A stretch of DNA of 63,699 nucleotides, counting the filler, from Craspedostauros australis (lineage: Eukaryota), in NCBI GenBank assembly GCA_030167865.1. It is 9 parts of 9 records of this genome, joined end to end, with 100 filler letters (N's around TTAATTAATTAA, not from the genome) between each part and the next. Parts side by side here need not be neighbours in the genome. Positions count along the whole stretch, not along the records: positions 26,724 to 38,528 come from JALAGF010003971.1; positions 38,629 to 43,186 come from JALAGF010003976.1; 7 more parts are not named here. One strand, written 5' to 3'. Under the pieces are notes generated by a model that saw only the letters and a program-made list of their open reading frames with translations, ran no database searches and had not been told where the DNA came from. A program made the position numbers and the translations under genes. Positions 29,494 through 40,998 of the stretch are shown one piece after another (position 1 is the first letter of the stretch; each line of letters starts with the position of its first letter).

Positions 29494-31680
29494 ATGCCCA
29501 AACACAACATCCATCCCAGTGGCAACGATGACGAAAAGGTGAAGGATGGTGACGGAAGTGCTGACCAGTACATCCCATGCAACGACGGAGATGCGGGCGC
29601 CGATGCTGCGAATAGCAACGAAGGTCACATGTCAGATGCCACCCAAGACGCAATGAACAGACAGCGACAGCAGGTGATTGACTACCTGAGTGCTCACAAC
29701 CGCCTCAACGACGCTGAAACCGAGATTGGCAGCAACATCATCCGTCCCACCCCACAAATGTACCCACACCAGGAAACAGAAAAGGAGATCCCAATGAGCA
29801 ACGCGTCTATCACCCATGAAAAAGAGATGAAAGCGGCATCGACAGCGATGCCGCCAAGTGAACCAATCAGTCGCAGTCTTGATCTTTCTGTGCAAAAGGA
29901 GAAACAAGTGCTACCTGCTTCCAATGCTTCAGAAACAATCATGAGATACACAAAGCAGAACGAGGTCGATGCGTTGGAAGATCGAAGTACTCTTGCGAGC
30001 AAAGCTCACCAGCATGTCGAAACTCGTCAATATCAGCAACAGCATCCACCGCGAATTCGTGGTGCTTGGGATGAAGAAAGCGACGCAGTTGCGCCGTCGA
30101 TGCAATCAGCTGCAGGCAATACATCTGCTAACCGTGACGGCACGCCCATAGCTCCCACGCTCGCCGCAACTGCAACCAATGATGCAGCATCTCGTATCGC
30201 CTCTCATTCAACAAGAATTCCGCACACGACCCCCACTGACTTGTTGAGAGCTCAACCGCGTGCGAACCATCTCGCCATGCGTCCTGGAGCCATCCGTATC
30301 GTTCAAGGAGTGGGCGGGGCACACATAGAGCGCATAGACGCAATGGCGGCATCCGGAACTGAATCCGATGATGCTGAAGCGTCTCTGATAACAGGCATCA
30401 ATAGTGGACCCACTGCCACTTCGGAGTATCCAAGCGCAGTCGCCGCGACTCCGATCGATGAGGCCTTCGATGGTGACGATGTTCAGGACATCGCTGAGCT
30501 CGAAGAGGCCAGGCGAACTGGTGCAGAGCAGGCACGACGGGAGATCTTGAAGGACACCGTGTTGGCAGATGTTGCGGAGGATGACCAGAAATCACGAAAG
30601 TCGATTCGCGCCGTCGTCGCGTCGATCTGCATCGCCATCGTGATTGGCGCTTCGGTTGGCGCTGCCGTTGGTTCCGCAGCAAGAAAGGGCTCGTCGTCTT
30701 CATCGTCCGCTTCGATTGGTCCGATTACCGCGACGCCAACACTGGCATCGACAGAGCAGCCCACAGCATCATCGGATAGTCCATCCTTTATTCCGTCTTC
30801 CACACCGTCCGCCTTGCCATCGTCGTATCCTTCCGTCGTTCCCAGCCAATCTCCGACAATCCGACCAACTGTGACGGCGTCGTCGAAGCCAACAACCACC
30901 GATGACATCTTGGTCTCACAGAAGATCGACCGCGTCGTCAGGACCGTCTCCGATGCCTCCCACCTCGCCAACCCTTCCTCGTATCAAGTGGCAGCTTTGA
31001 ATTGGTTGCTTGTTCAGGATGATTGGATCACGTTGCAAACCGAGGAGAAGCTCGTCAGGGAACGGTACGCCCTTGTTCTTCTCACGCTCATGATGAGCTT
31101 CGACAACTGGGTAAATCAATACAACTTCATGGACCCCACAGCACCGATCTGCGAATGGGGCAGCGACTACAATCCCATCTCGCTGATCCCGGCACTGTCC
31201 TGCAATGATGAGCAGCGGGTGCGCTCCCTATCGCTGGTGAAACATAACTTGACTGGATCGATACCATCGGAGATTCGGTTTCTCGACTCGCTGGATACGT
31301 TCGACTTTGGATTCAACGATTTATCAGGATCTCTGCCATCACAACTTGGCGAGCTTACAAAGCTCGAGTACTTCGAAATTGGATCCAATCGCCTAACCGG
31401 AACCATCCCGACAGAATTCGGCAACCTCCAAACCCTTCGCCGAATAGACATTGCTCAAAATCGAGATTTGCATGGTCCCATCCCAACGCAAATGAACACC
31501 ATTCGCACTCTCGATTACCTGATGATGGATACCACCGGGCTCACGAATGCGGAGACGATGTGCGAAACTGGGATTGTTTGGGGCTTCTTCCAAGCCGACT
31601 GCAGATCAGAATCTTTGACATGCACCTGCTGCACGATTTGCTGTTTGGATGGACTCGGCTGCGTTTGGAACAACAAATAA
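29494..31680 (+). CDS. Type II membrane LRR receptor-like protein, copy 2 (728 aa)
   Basis: Same architecture as copy 1 and a clear paralog (QQVIDYL, RPGAIRIVQG, ALNWL, WITLQTEE, CTCCTICC). Confidence 0.92.
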   Translation: MPKHNIHPSGNDDEKVKDGDGSADQYIPCNDGDAGADAANSNEGHMSDATQDAMNRQRQQVIDYLSAHNRLNDAETEIGSNIIRPTPQMYPHQETEKEIPMSNASITHEKEMKAASTAMPPSEPISRSLDLSVQKEKQVLPASNASETIMRYTKQNEVDALEDRSTLASKAHQHVETRQYQQQHPPRIRGAWDEESDAVAPSMQSAAGNTSANRDGTPIAPTLAATATNDAASRIASHSTRIPHTTPTDLLRAQPRANHLAMRPGAIRIVQGVGGAHIERIDAMAASGTESDDAEASLITGINSGPTATSEYPSAVAATPIDEAFDGDDVQDIAELEEARRTGAEQARREILKDTVLADVAEDDQKSRKSIRAVVASICIAIVIGASVGAAVGSAARKGSSSSSSASIGPITATPTLASTEQPTASSDSPSFIPSSTPSALPSSYPSVVPSQSPTIRPTVTASSKPTTTDDILVSQKIDRVVRTVSDASHLANPSSYQVAALNWLLVQDDWITLQTEEKLVRERYALVLLTLMMSFDNWVNQYNFMDPTAPICEWGSDYNPISLIPALSCNDEQRVRSLSLVKHNLTGSIPSEIRFLDSLDTFDFGFNDLSGSLPSQLGELTKLEYFEIGSNRLTGTIPTEFGNLQTLRRIDIAQNRDLHGPIPTQMNTIRTLDYLMMDTTGLTNAETMCETGIVWGFFQADCRSESLTCTCCTICCLDGLGCVWNNK

Positions 31681-32520
31681 ACGGGAACATGAAAGGTTCT
31701 GCCACTGCTTTGATCGGCGTCGCGGGAGTGATTTTGGAAGCGTCTTCGCCGCAACTTCAAAGCGCTGGTGGTGGCGTGTGAACAAGCATCACCTGGGCTC
31801 CATGTATTGTAGAATATTGTATTTGATTATACCTACGATACTTGATTCGGCGAACCATCTGGCAGATAGCACCCGAACGCAGAGTAACAGCATTGCTATC
31901 CATCATCGCCTATCTAGTTATCTCTGCTCCTGATGCTGATGTTGAGTTGCGACATTGCGGCTGGGGGTTGTCGGAGCAGTCAACTTCGAATTCTGTGGGC
32001 AACACCCAGTCGATTTCTGTCTCTATATTCGATTTGGTAGACACGCTTTCGCAATTTCGGAGTATCCACGTTTGACATCCACGCTGTTTACAGCGTGGAA
32101 ATCTATCGTGTCGCAGCGACATTCAGACGAATAATAATTGCATCCTGCTTGGTTGTCGACAACAACACGATGTCGCACCAGTCACCACAAAAACAGTCCA
32201 CCAACCACCACACGAAAACGAAATGAGGAGAGAAAGTCATCAGCGAGGACACATCTGCACCTGTGGGAACTGATCACGCTGATGATGGCGATGGTGATGG
32301 ACGCAGGGGCCCTCGAACCCACGCGGCGGCAACAGCAGAGATTGCAGCACTCTGCGATGTGCAGAAGCAAGGCGATGGGAGCCGTCGATGGGATTTGAGC
32401 AGTAGCATTCGACGAGTGCACTATCAGCTGACAAACTCCCACCTTCTTCATACACTCCCATTCTTCGTCTCTCTCTCTCTCTGTGTGTGTGTGTGGCAAA
32501 GAGGACCTAACTTCAACATC

Positions 32521-34878
32521 ATGTCTCAATACAATGACCACCACGATGACGACGATAGCGAGATGGCGAAGGCTGGCGACATCAATAGTGATGGCGATGA
32601 TGACGGCGATGATGGCGGCGATGGCAGCCAGCGTATCCCGACCTCAACTATCGGAATACAGCCGCCACATCAAATGGACGGAGCGAGTGGCATCCAACTC
32701 AACGACCGGAACGTGGACGATGATTTTTCAGATGCCAGGCAAGACGCGATGATCAAACGGCGACAAGAGGTGGTCGACTACTTGGACGATTCCGACCGTC
32801 TCATCGATGCTGGCAATGTCGCTGGCAATGTAAACATCAACGCCACCTCACAAGCATACCAGCAAAGAGAAGAGGGGAGCCCATGCACGAACGATGAACC
32901 TGCCACCAGCAAGGAGAAGGAGATGAATGAGCTATTGATGGCCACGTTGCCATATGGATCAAGCGGTCGCACTCTGGATCTGTCTCCCACAAGGGAGAAA
33001 GAAGTGCAATCCGCTTCCAAAGCTTCAGAAACAGACGCTACTCGTGCCCACGCAGAAAACAACATGGCGATGAAAGCAGCAACCAACACAAGCCCAATCG
33101 AACGAGAAGGAGCGGGTGCTGTGAAAGAAACAGAGATGAGGCTCCGCAACCACAATGAGGCACAAATGATCCAAGATACAAGCACTCATGCGGGTAAGGC
33201 GCAACAACAACACCTTCACGGCACTCGCACTATGGATGAGGAGAGCGATAGCATTGCGGCCTCCGCTCAAACAGATGCAAGTCATGCATTTGCCGCCCGC
33301 GACAGCATGCTCGCACCATCCACCCTCACATCAACCACAAGCGACGGTGCAGCATCTAGTAGCACCTTCTCGTCGACAGTCATACCGCACACAATGCCCA
33401 CCAACTTGGTGCGAGCTCAACCAAATGCCAACCAGCCCAACATACGCCCTGGAGCCATTCGTGTTGTCCAAGGAGCCGGCGGGGCATACATGGAGCGCAC
33501 GAATGTGACGATGGCATCCGTGGCTGAAGCCGAAGACGACGAACCATCTCAAGTCACAAACGTCAACAATGAAACCGATAGAACGCCTGAGTACCCAACC
33601 CCAATCGCGGCAACCTTGGTTGAAGAGTCCATCGACGATGGCGATGATCTAGGTATCGCTGAGATCGAGGAGGCGAGGCGGACAGGTGCGGAGCGAGCAA
33701 AGCGGACACTCCTCAAGGATGCCGTTGTGGCGGATGCTGTGGTGACAGACATGGTGGAAGACGCAGACAATTCACGATTGTCCACATATCTCATCATTGC
33801 ATCGATTTGCGTCGTCATCGCCGTTGGTGCGATTGTTGGCGCCGTCGTTGGCTCCTCATCGAGCGGGAACTCATCAGTATCGTCCTCGGCATCTGCTTCA
33901 ACTGGCGCTCTCACCGCGACGCCAACTCTGGCGCCGATCACAGCGCAACCAACAGCATCGTCGGCAAATCCATCTGAGATTGCGTCTTCCAACCCCACCG
34001 CCGTGGTATCATTGTCTCCGTCCAGCAGTCCCAGCCAGTCTCCAACAACGCAGCCGACTGCTCAGGAGTCATCAATGCCAACGACAACATATGACAACTT
34101 GGTCTCACGAAAGATCAACCGCATCGTCATGACCGTGTCCGACGCTTCCCGCTTCGCTGATCCTTCCTCATATCAGCTCAAAGCTTTGAATTGGTTGCTT
34201 GTTGAGGATGAATGGATCACATTGGAAACCGAGGAGAGGCTCGTCAAGCAACGCTACGTCCTCGTTCTGTTCAGTCTCCTGACAAGATATGACAACTGGG
34301 AACGCCAATACAACTTCATGGACCCCGAAACATCGATCTGTGATTGGGGCAGAAGTTTCAACCCCATCTCGCGAATCCCGGCGCTCTCCTGTAGCGGCCT
34401 GGAACGCGTGCGCTCCATATCATTGGTAAACAACAGCTTGGATGGGCCCATTCCAACAGAGATAGGGGTGCTGGACTCCCTTGATACGCTGCACTTCGGT
34501 TCCAACAGCTTATCAGGGCCTCTGCCATCAGAGGTCGGCGAACTTGCCAATCTCCAAGCCTTCCAAGTTGGACACAATAAACTGACCGGCACCGTGCCGA
34601 CGGAATTCGGAAACCTCCAGATCCTTCGCGAAGTGCATTTCGCCGGCAACTGGGAGTTGCATGGCCCCATCCCATCCCAGATGAACACAATACGCACACT
34701 TTTGGACTTCGTGATAGAATTCACTCAACTCACGGGCGTGCAGGTCATGTGCGAAACCGACATTCCTTTTTGGTCGCTGCGATCCGACTGCAAGTCAGAG
34801 GCTCTGACATGCACATGCTGCACACGTTGCTGCCGGAATGGGAATGATTGCGAAGATACGAGGAATCCCAATCCTTAA
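32521..34878 (+). CDS. Type II membrane LRR receptor-like protein, copy 3
   Basis: Likely start ATG 32521 (MSQYNDHH). Paralog of copies 1-2 (QEVVDYL, RPGAIRVVQG, TM, LRRs, CTCCTRCC). Confidence 0.9.
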   Translation: MSQYNDHHDDDDSEMAKAGDINSDGDDDGDDGGDGSQRIPTSTIGIQPPHQMDGASGIQLNDRNVDDDFSDARQDAMIKRRQEVVDYLDDSDRLIDAGNVAGNVNINATSQAYQQREEGSPCTNDEPATSKEKEMNELLMATLPYGSSGRTLDLSPTREKEVQSASKASETDATRAHAENNMAMKAATNTSPIEREGAGAVKETEMRLRNHNEAQMIQDTSTHAGKAQQQHLHGTRTMDEESDSIAASAQTDASHAFAARDSMLAPSTLTSTTSDGAASSSTFSSTVIPHTMPTNLVRAQPNANQPNIRPGAIRVVQGAGGAYMERTNVTMASVAEAEDDEPSQVTNVNNETDRTPEYPTPIAATLVEESIDDGDDLGIAEIEEARRTGAERAKRTLLKDAVVADAVVTDMVEDADNSRLSTYLIIASICVVIAVGAIVGAVVGSSSSGNSSVSSSASASTGALTATPTLAPITAQPTASSANPSEIASSNPTAVVSLSPSSSPSQSPTTQPTAQESSMPTTTYDNLVSRKINRIVMTVSDASRFADPSSYQLKALNWLLVEDEWITLETEERLVKQRYVLVLFSLLTRYDNWERQYNFMDPETSICDWGRSFNPISRIPALSCSGLERVRSISLVNNSLDGPIPTEIGVLDSLDTLHFGSNSLSGPLPSEVGELANLQAFQVGHNKLTGTVPTEFGNLQILREVHFAGNWELHGPIPSQMNTIRTLLDFVIEFTQLTGVQVMCETDIPFWSLRSDCKSEALTCTCCTRCCRNGNDCEDTRNPNP

Positions 34879-35368
34879 TCGTTAGAGGTGCAAGCGCCGC
34901 CGCCAGTACCCTGACCAAGATGAACCGACGTGCCAGTCTCCAGAGAGATTATTAAATGCTGTGCTGTGCTATGATGCTATCCTATGCGAGCAGATTCAAG
35001 TCGGCTGGCAAGTATCCGTAGATTAGGCGTTATAGTGTTGTGAGGCAAGTAGTAACGAAGCTAGAGAGATTGGTCAATCTTGTTCGATTCGTTGGACCCC
35101 ATCGAATGAGTCAAATTCAGGAGTTACGTGAAATGGTAAAAACATTTGTATTGATGGGTTCCTTCTGCGCAACATGACGCAAAACCGTTTGATTTGTGAT
35201 TGACACACACAAGTGTGCTCACAAGAGCATGGGCGTGAACTGTACCTCCTTAGTCGTACCCGTATTGTTATCAACCATCTTCATACTGTCACGAATAGAG
35301 ATGCCTACAAGTAGAACACAGCAGTCCATACCGCATTCATAGTGCAACCCAGAGGGCAAACACTGACG

Positions 35369-37810
35369 ATGTCCGGAGGTAACGACGATGACAAGGCAAA
35401 GACCGCAGGCGAAGGGACGCGAGAAGACGGCAGCAACGATGGCAGGACCAACGGAAGCAACTTGCCAGCAGATGCTCAGGATGATGTGAGCGGCCTCAGC
35501 TTCAGCCCAACCGTTCTGGAATCCACACCGTCGTCGAACGAAATCTTGGCGATCGTGAGAGATCAGTACAGCAGCGCTGGCGCCATCAACGGTCGTCGCA
35601 GGAACGCATCGAACGATGCTTACATGGAAGCCGTCGCGGAAGGTGAAAGCGAGGGACCTCTGCCGTATTCTGATCACCAGCAGAATCAGAAGATCGAAGG
35701 TCACCTTCTATCACAAGCAGAAGACAAGGTTGAAAACGTAAAAGAACTCAGCAACAACGTGCCCTCATCAAACCAGCAGCAGAGCAAGGATGTGGAACTT
35801 CGATCGAATCAGATCCTCGCATTGGTGAGCGCTCCGAGCACCAGTAATGTATCAACGCACTCGATGTCGAGGACGGTGGTACCTTCTCGTAGCAACAATA
35901 ATATGAACAGGAATACGAATATGAATATGAAGAACCGAGAGACGGAGAAGGAGATCATCCAGTCCGACAGTGATTCCAGGAGGAACCTCGGCCCTGAACA
36001 GGAGACCACCCTGTCAAGGAATGATTCCGAGAATGGCCCACAGGCATTCCACCATCATGAACGCACGCGCGAAAACAGCGGCTTGAACCAGCGGCTTGAT
36101 GCTCCCACTCCAAGCGTGGTAAATACAGACATGGCGCCGGAGTCGCAACAACATGAGCATCCCTTTGGTTCGGTTGAAACGGATGAGTTCGCGCTCACGA
36201 ATGCGGAACGACAGTGGATATCCCAAGACCCCCAAGCTCCGCAGCTTCATCAAATCGACGATGAAAGCACATTCCAGACTACTACAACGGATGCGGCCAT
36301 TGTGATTGCATCTGACCGGGCCAGCAATCGTCCGCCTGAAATCGGCTTGCAGCCTTCGATGTCAGTCCAGGCAGGGACTCCGACCACAATGTCCAGAGAT
36401 ACGTCAAGCGTGGCAATTTCGGCGGTATTGGCGCCTGAGCATACATTTGATGAGATGCGAGCCAACGCCCGTCGAGAAGGCGAAGAGCAGGCACGCCGGG
36501 AACTTGCTGCTGCCGAAGGAAAGATCGCGTCCGTAGCGATCGTGCGAGAAGACTCCAAACGTCGACCGTGGGTGCTGATGCTGCTGGCTGTTCTCTTGCT
36601 GACCACTGTGGGGGTCACTGTCGGGCTGGTGTTGCTGCTGCAGCCATCTCCTTCAACGCCGCAGCTGCCACCGTCCGAGACTGCTTCACCGACGGCTCTC
36701 CCAGCGCCGCAAACCAGCAACGCACCCAGTGGCAACGTGCCCAGCAGCGTTCCCTCTATTTCAATCCAACCAAGCAGCGCACCGACGGGCTTGGGCAGGA
36801 TCCAACGCAACAACCTCATTCGCAGAGTGGTGATGAACACGTCGTCGGAAGAGCACTTCTTCGCTGAGGGCGACAACCCGCACAAGCGAGCGCTTGATTG
36901 GATGCTGTTCGACGACTTGCTGATCCAATCGAACACGGCGGATTCCATCGTTCGCTCTCGATACGTCGTGGTGCTGATGTACATGTCCATGGGTGGCGAG
37001 ACTTGGACGCCGGTTTCTGACTTCCTCGAGCCATCGGCACGCACGTGTACGTGGGGCTATTACATTGATGAATTCGTTGGCTTTCGTCGGTTCACATGTA
37101 CCAGCGATGAAAGCATAGAGGACCTGAGTTTCAACCAGATGAACCTCTCGAATCAAATCATCACAGAAATTTCCGCCCTCCAATATCTTCGTCAGCTCAA
37201 TTTGGGGTCCAACAGACTGACGGGAACCATCCCGACACACCTGGGTTTGCTTTCGAATTTATTTGCTTTGAGATTGGGTGAGTACGCCAGGATTATCTGC
37301 ACATCTCGGATGGAAGGGACCACGCATCGATCATTTGAGATCTATGCTGCAGTCTATGTCCACTGTTTGTGTCATCGACACTCTGATGCCATTTTGTCTC
37401 ATTTTCCCAATGCTTCATCCGTTTCTTCGTTCTGCCATTGCAATACTCGCACGACGCTATTCTTTGAACCGTCACAACACAAATCTCCACGCACTCCAGG
37501 CGACAACAATCTTCACGGACCGATCCCATCGGTGATTGGCAATATGCCGGAGCTGACCGCCTTCTATGTTCACAACAACGTCGATCTCTCAGGCACCGTC
37601 CCGACAGAGGTGGCTGTCTTGCCACGACTTCGCCAAATCCAAATGCAATACACGAACGTGACGAACATTGAGCTTTTCTGCAACAGAACTGACACCATCA
37701 GCTTGTTTTTGTCAGATTGCTTGGACGACGATGTGCTGTGCACCTGCTGCACGTCATGTTGCGCCGCAGATCCATCCTTGAACCTATGCTTCGATAGATT
37801 TGCAAGATGA
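35369..37810 (+). CDS. Type II membrane LRR receptor-like protein, divergent copy 4, 2 exons (35369-37277, 37500-37810)
   Basis: TM WVLMLLAVLLLTTVGVTVGLVLLL, ALDWM..RYVVV cap, LRRs and CTCCTSCC cap. Intron GTGAGT..CAG 37278-37499 restores ALRLGDNNLHGPIP. Confidence 0.87.
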   Translation: MSGGNDDDKAKTAGEGTREDGSNDGRTNGSNLPADAQDDVSGLSFSPTVLESTPSSNEILAIVRDQYSSAGAINGRRRNASNDAYMEAVAEGESEGPLPYSDHQQNQKIEGHLLSQAEDKVENVKELSNNVPSSNQQQSKDVELRSNQILALVSAPSTSNVSTHSMSRTVVPSRSNNNMNRNTNMNMKNRETEKEIIQSDSDSRRNLGPEQETTLSRNDSENGPQAFHHHERTRENSGLNQRLDAPTPSVVNTDMAPESQQHEHPFGSVETDEFALTNAERQWISQDPQAPQLHQIDDESTFQTTTTDAAIVIASDRASNRPPEIGLQPSMSVQAGTPTTMSRDTSSVAISAVLAPEHTFDEMRANARREGEEQARRELAAAEGKIASVAIVREDSKRRPWVLMLLAVLLLTTVGVTVGLVLLLQPSPSTPQLPPSETASPTALPAPQTSNAPSGNVPSSVPSISIQPSSAPTGLGRIQRNNLIRRVVMNTSSEEHFFAEGDNPHKRALDWMLFDDLLIQSNTADSIVRSRYVVVLMYMSMGGETWTPVSDFLEPSARTCTWGYYIDEFVGFRRFTCTSDESIEDLSFNQMNLSNQIITEISALQYLRQLNLGSNRLTGTIPTHLGLLSNLFALRLGEYARIICTSRMEGTTHRSFEIYAAVYVHCLCHRHSDAILSHFPNASSVSSFCHCNTRTTLFFEPSQHKSPRTPGDNNLHGPIPSVIGNMPELTAFYVHNNVDLSGTVPTEVAVLPRLRQIQMQYTNVTNIELFCNRTDTISLFLSDCLDDDVLCTCCTSCCAADPSLNLCFDRFAR

Positions 37811-38528
37811 CTTGCCAAGGTGCATGCCTTGCCATACCTGGGCGCCGGCTTGCCTCAATCTCACCGTATACCAATCGCGAAAGGAATGGATCTGGATCAG
37901 GGAGAAGACGGGAAACGCGATCCCCAAGCAGAAGATCAGGAACCCTGCAGCAAGCCATTGATTCCAATCTTTTGCTACTGTGGGGGATGCGGTAAGATAC
38001 AATGTCCATGAAGTTTGCAAAACATAGTCTCGAATTTTCGCGGCTCCAAGATGGATTCACTGGTCACCACCGGTTCTCGCCAGTGGTCGGCAAGATGTCC
38101 AAACCACCGCCCAGAAAACGGTCACAACGAAAGACCAATGATGATGACACTCGTGATGACCCAACGAGTTGAGGTTGTTGTGGATGGTGCTGTGACTATT
38201 TCCACCCTTGCTTTGGACATGCCATCCTCACACACACGCATACGACCTCCAGGTCGCAGTTGATGCACTCACGATAACACTAGTTGTGGAGTGTTTTTTG
38301 AGTTTTACTCGTGATGAGTCGTGATAAAGTAGACTAAANTAGAGCACACCNAAAACCATCCAAACAACTGCTTATGATGTTATATCTCAACAACGCACCA
38401 TTTAAAATTAAAACTAGACAGTTCATTCGGACGCTTGGCTATCGTTTATTCTGAATATCTTAGTTAAATTTGTATGAACTTTATTTTTAATGTCGTTTTG
38501 GCTTGCTGTCTGTCAGGTGGTGGGTGCA

Positions 38529-38628
38529 NNNNNNNNNNNNNNNNNNNNNNNNNNNNNNNNNNNNNNNNNNNNTTAATTAATTAANNNNNNNNNNNNNNNN
38601 NNNNNNNNNNNNNNNNNNNNNNNNNNNN
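38529..38628. other. Artificial contig-joining spacer
   Basis: 100 bp N-TTAATTAATTAA-N. Confidence 0.98.
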
Positions 38629-38630
38629 CA

Positions 38631-39119
38631 ACAACACCAACGCCAGTATCCACCGATCTGGTTGCCACCGACAACAACACCAGCGGGTACTCTCAGGAAT
38701 TCATCAAAGCCCAGGAGGATGCGCTCGCCAGATTCAAGCGCGGTCAGTCTAGGGCCAGAAGCGTCACTCCGCCAAGAGGAGCGCTCGTTCAGTACAACGG
38801 CAATGCCAATGGCAACGGAAGATCCCTCTCCGCTCCAAGAACCCGCAATCCAAACGGATCCGACGCCGTCCACCCAGAGAAGAAAACCATGAAGCAACAG
38901 CGCAAGGCCAAGACCGTCGCAGGCGTGGCCGGCGGTGTCGTCTTTGGCACGTTAGTGGCAGGCCCAGTGGGCTTGGTGCTCGGCGGCCCCATCGGTGGAT
39001 ACGCGGCCAACAAGATCTCCAAGAACGGCGAGCGCCGTGCTCAGCGCAGGTTCGAGCAGAACAACTTCCAGCAGGCGGCCAAGAAGTCCGCAGCGGCCAA
39101 GGCAGGTGCCTTTGCTTAA
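38631..39119 (+). CDS. Hypothetical glycine-zipper-type protein, 5'-truncated
   Basis: Frame open from contig start through ...KAKTVAGVAGGVVFGTLVAGPVGLVLGGPIGGYAANKISK, a GxxxG-rich hydrophobic hairpin, to TAA. Confidence 0.65.
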   Translation, partial: TTPTPVSTDLVATDNNTSGYSQEFIKAQEDALARFKRGQSRARSVTPPRGALVQYNGNANGNGRSLSAPRTRNPNGSDAVHPEKKTMKQQRKAKTVAGVAGGVVFGTLVAGPVGLVLGGPIGGYAANKISKNGERRAQRRFEQNNFQQAAKKSAAAKAGAFA

Positions 39120-40998
39120 TTTCGAGCGCACGCTCCGCCGCATTCTCAGGTGCAACTGCAATCGCAGTTGCGCAGCAGTGGAGGACTCCGGACAATCTTC
39201 CACGTGAGGACACACGAGTACACACGAGTACAGCATGTGTACATAGAGTACTCCCATCGACTGGGCAGTACACACAGTATGCCATATCAAACCATACCGT
39301 ACCATATCATACACACTTACAGCATCTGGTAGACCCCAATTTTCGTGTGGGGTCTTGACACTCTGCGTTCCATTCGCACACCAGAGCGAGGATCAGCAGC
39401 AACAACACTGACAACAACGACAACGACAACAATATTGACAACAGGTCACGAATACAACGAAAAGAACGGAAAGATCAACAATACATAAGCAAATATTACA
39501 CAAGGCATACAGCACAAGTAAATGAATAGACCAATGAACCAACAACACATCGACAAACAACTCATTTCATGAATGGACGAAGGGATGGGGGACTCTGGGG
39601 CGTTGCCTGACCAAAACGGCATGAAACGTGGTGTCCCAAGAAAGCCACAGGCAGAGACGGAATCACCTTGATCGTGCCCACCAATCTTGAACCACGGCTG
39701 ACTGGGGGACGGAGGAGCACAGCAGATCTTGTCTCCTGGCTTTTTCTCATCTTGCCTTGTCTTTCTCTTGGCTGTCGTTGCGTCTTCCTTGTCCTCTCAC
39801 ATGCCAAATCACTTTGCCTCCTTCGCTCTTTCGCACGACAACTGTCGGAATGCGAACATCGCGTCAACCGCGAAACGTGGACGAAACAAAACGGGAATGA
39901 ACATCATTGAAATTGGCGATTGAATTCTCGGAGCTTCCATCACGAACCATGTCAACAACGTGACGTCATCTGCGACATGCCAGCCACACCAAATGTGTGC
40001 CTCATTTTTTGTGCTTGATCCAGCAACGCCGTGTATCACTCGCACATGCGACTGCCTACGAGTACATGTGCGCACCACACAAGAGCGGACAAACAACGCT
40101 TGTGATGCATGGTGATACCGCCGACCAAGATCAAGAGTGGCAAAAGCAAGATTAGCATCTTGCACAGAACGCAATACTGGTTGAGCAAAGCACCTTGCGG
40201 CGTCTGTGGATACCTCCGCAGGTTGCTTCCATCACGATACGTATCAACACATCTCTTCCCTGCTGGCTTTCATCAACCAGCCCTTGCAAGTGGCTAGCAG
40301 CAGAGTGCAGCCTCACCGTTTCGATGCATCACGGTGAGTCGTATGCACGAGAGTACACGGTGGATTAAGGACCTTCGAATGGACTGGCAGCATACGTTTG
40401 AGCGTCTGTTTCTCTAAATCTATGATGACGGACTGCGGTGACCGTGCACACGTATTGCATGGCATCGTATTGCACGGCATCACAGTTGGTCCGTACAGTA
40501 TTATATGAAGCAGTTCCAACAATCGAGCTGATCGTTACCAGTGGACGGAGAGTTGTTCTGCTGATACTACTACTATATGCATGCACCGTGCGTGGCCATG
40601 GCCTCTCGTTTGATGTTGTGTGGAGATAATCACATTCGAGCGTGACGGCTGGCTGGTCCAGCATGATGATGGGGATCGGAGTGGTGCGTCCATCCTGCCA
40701 CCGTCCGTTACATTCTCATCGCGTCAACAAACTGGATGGTGGCCAGTTCTATCGTTGCGTTTGCTGCTGCTCAACCCACAATCCATTGCTGCATGGTACC
40801 ATGCATGAGCGGAGAGCTATCGTGGAGTGTAGCCAAATGATGTAGCCAAATGATGTAGTACATTGTAATAAGAATAAAATGATATAGACGTACAACCTGG
40901 AGTATGAACATTCCTCCTGCACATGCGCATGCATGACCATGTCTTCGTCCAAGCACTTGTCAGTATGACTGGTGCATACTCTCCACCGCAAGGCTGTC

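Noticed and set aside
38270..38528. AT-rich contig end with ambiguous bases, possibly a transposon terminus
   Set aside because: No second copy, inverted repeat or coding remnant in the window supports it.
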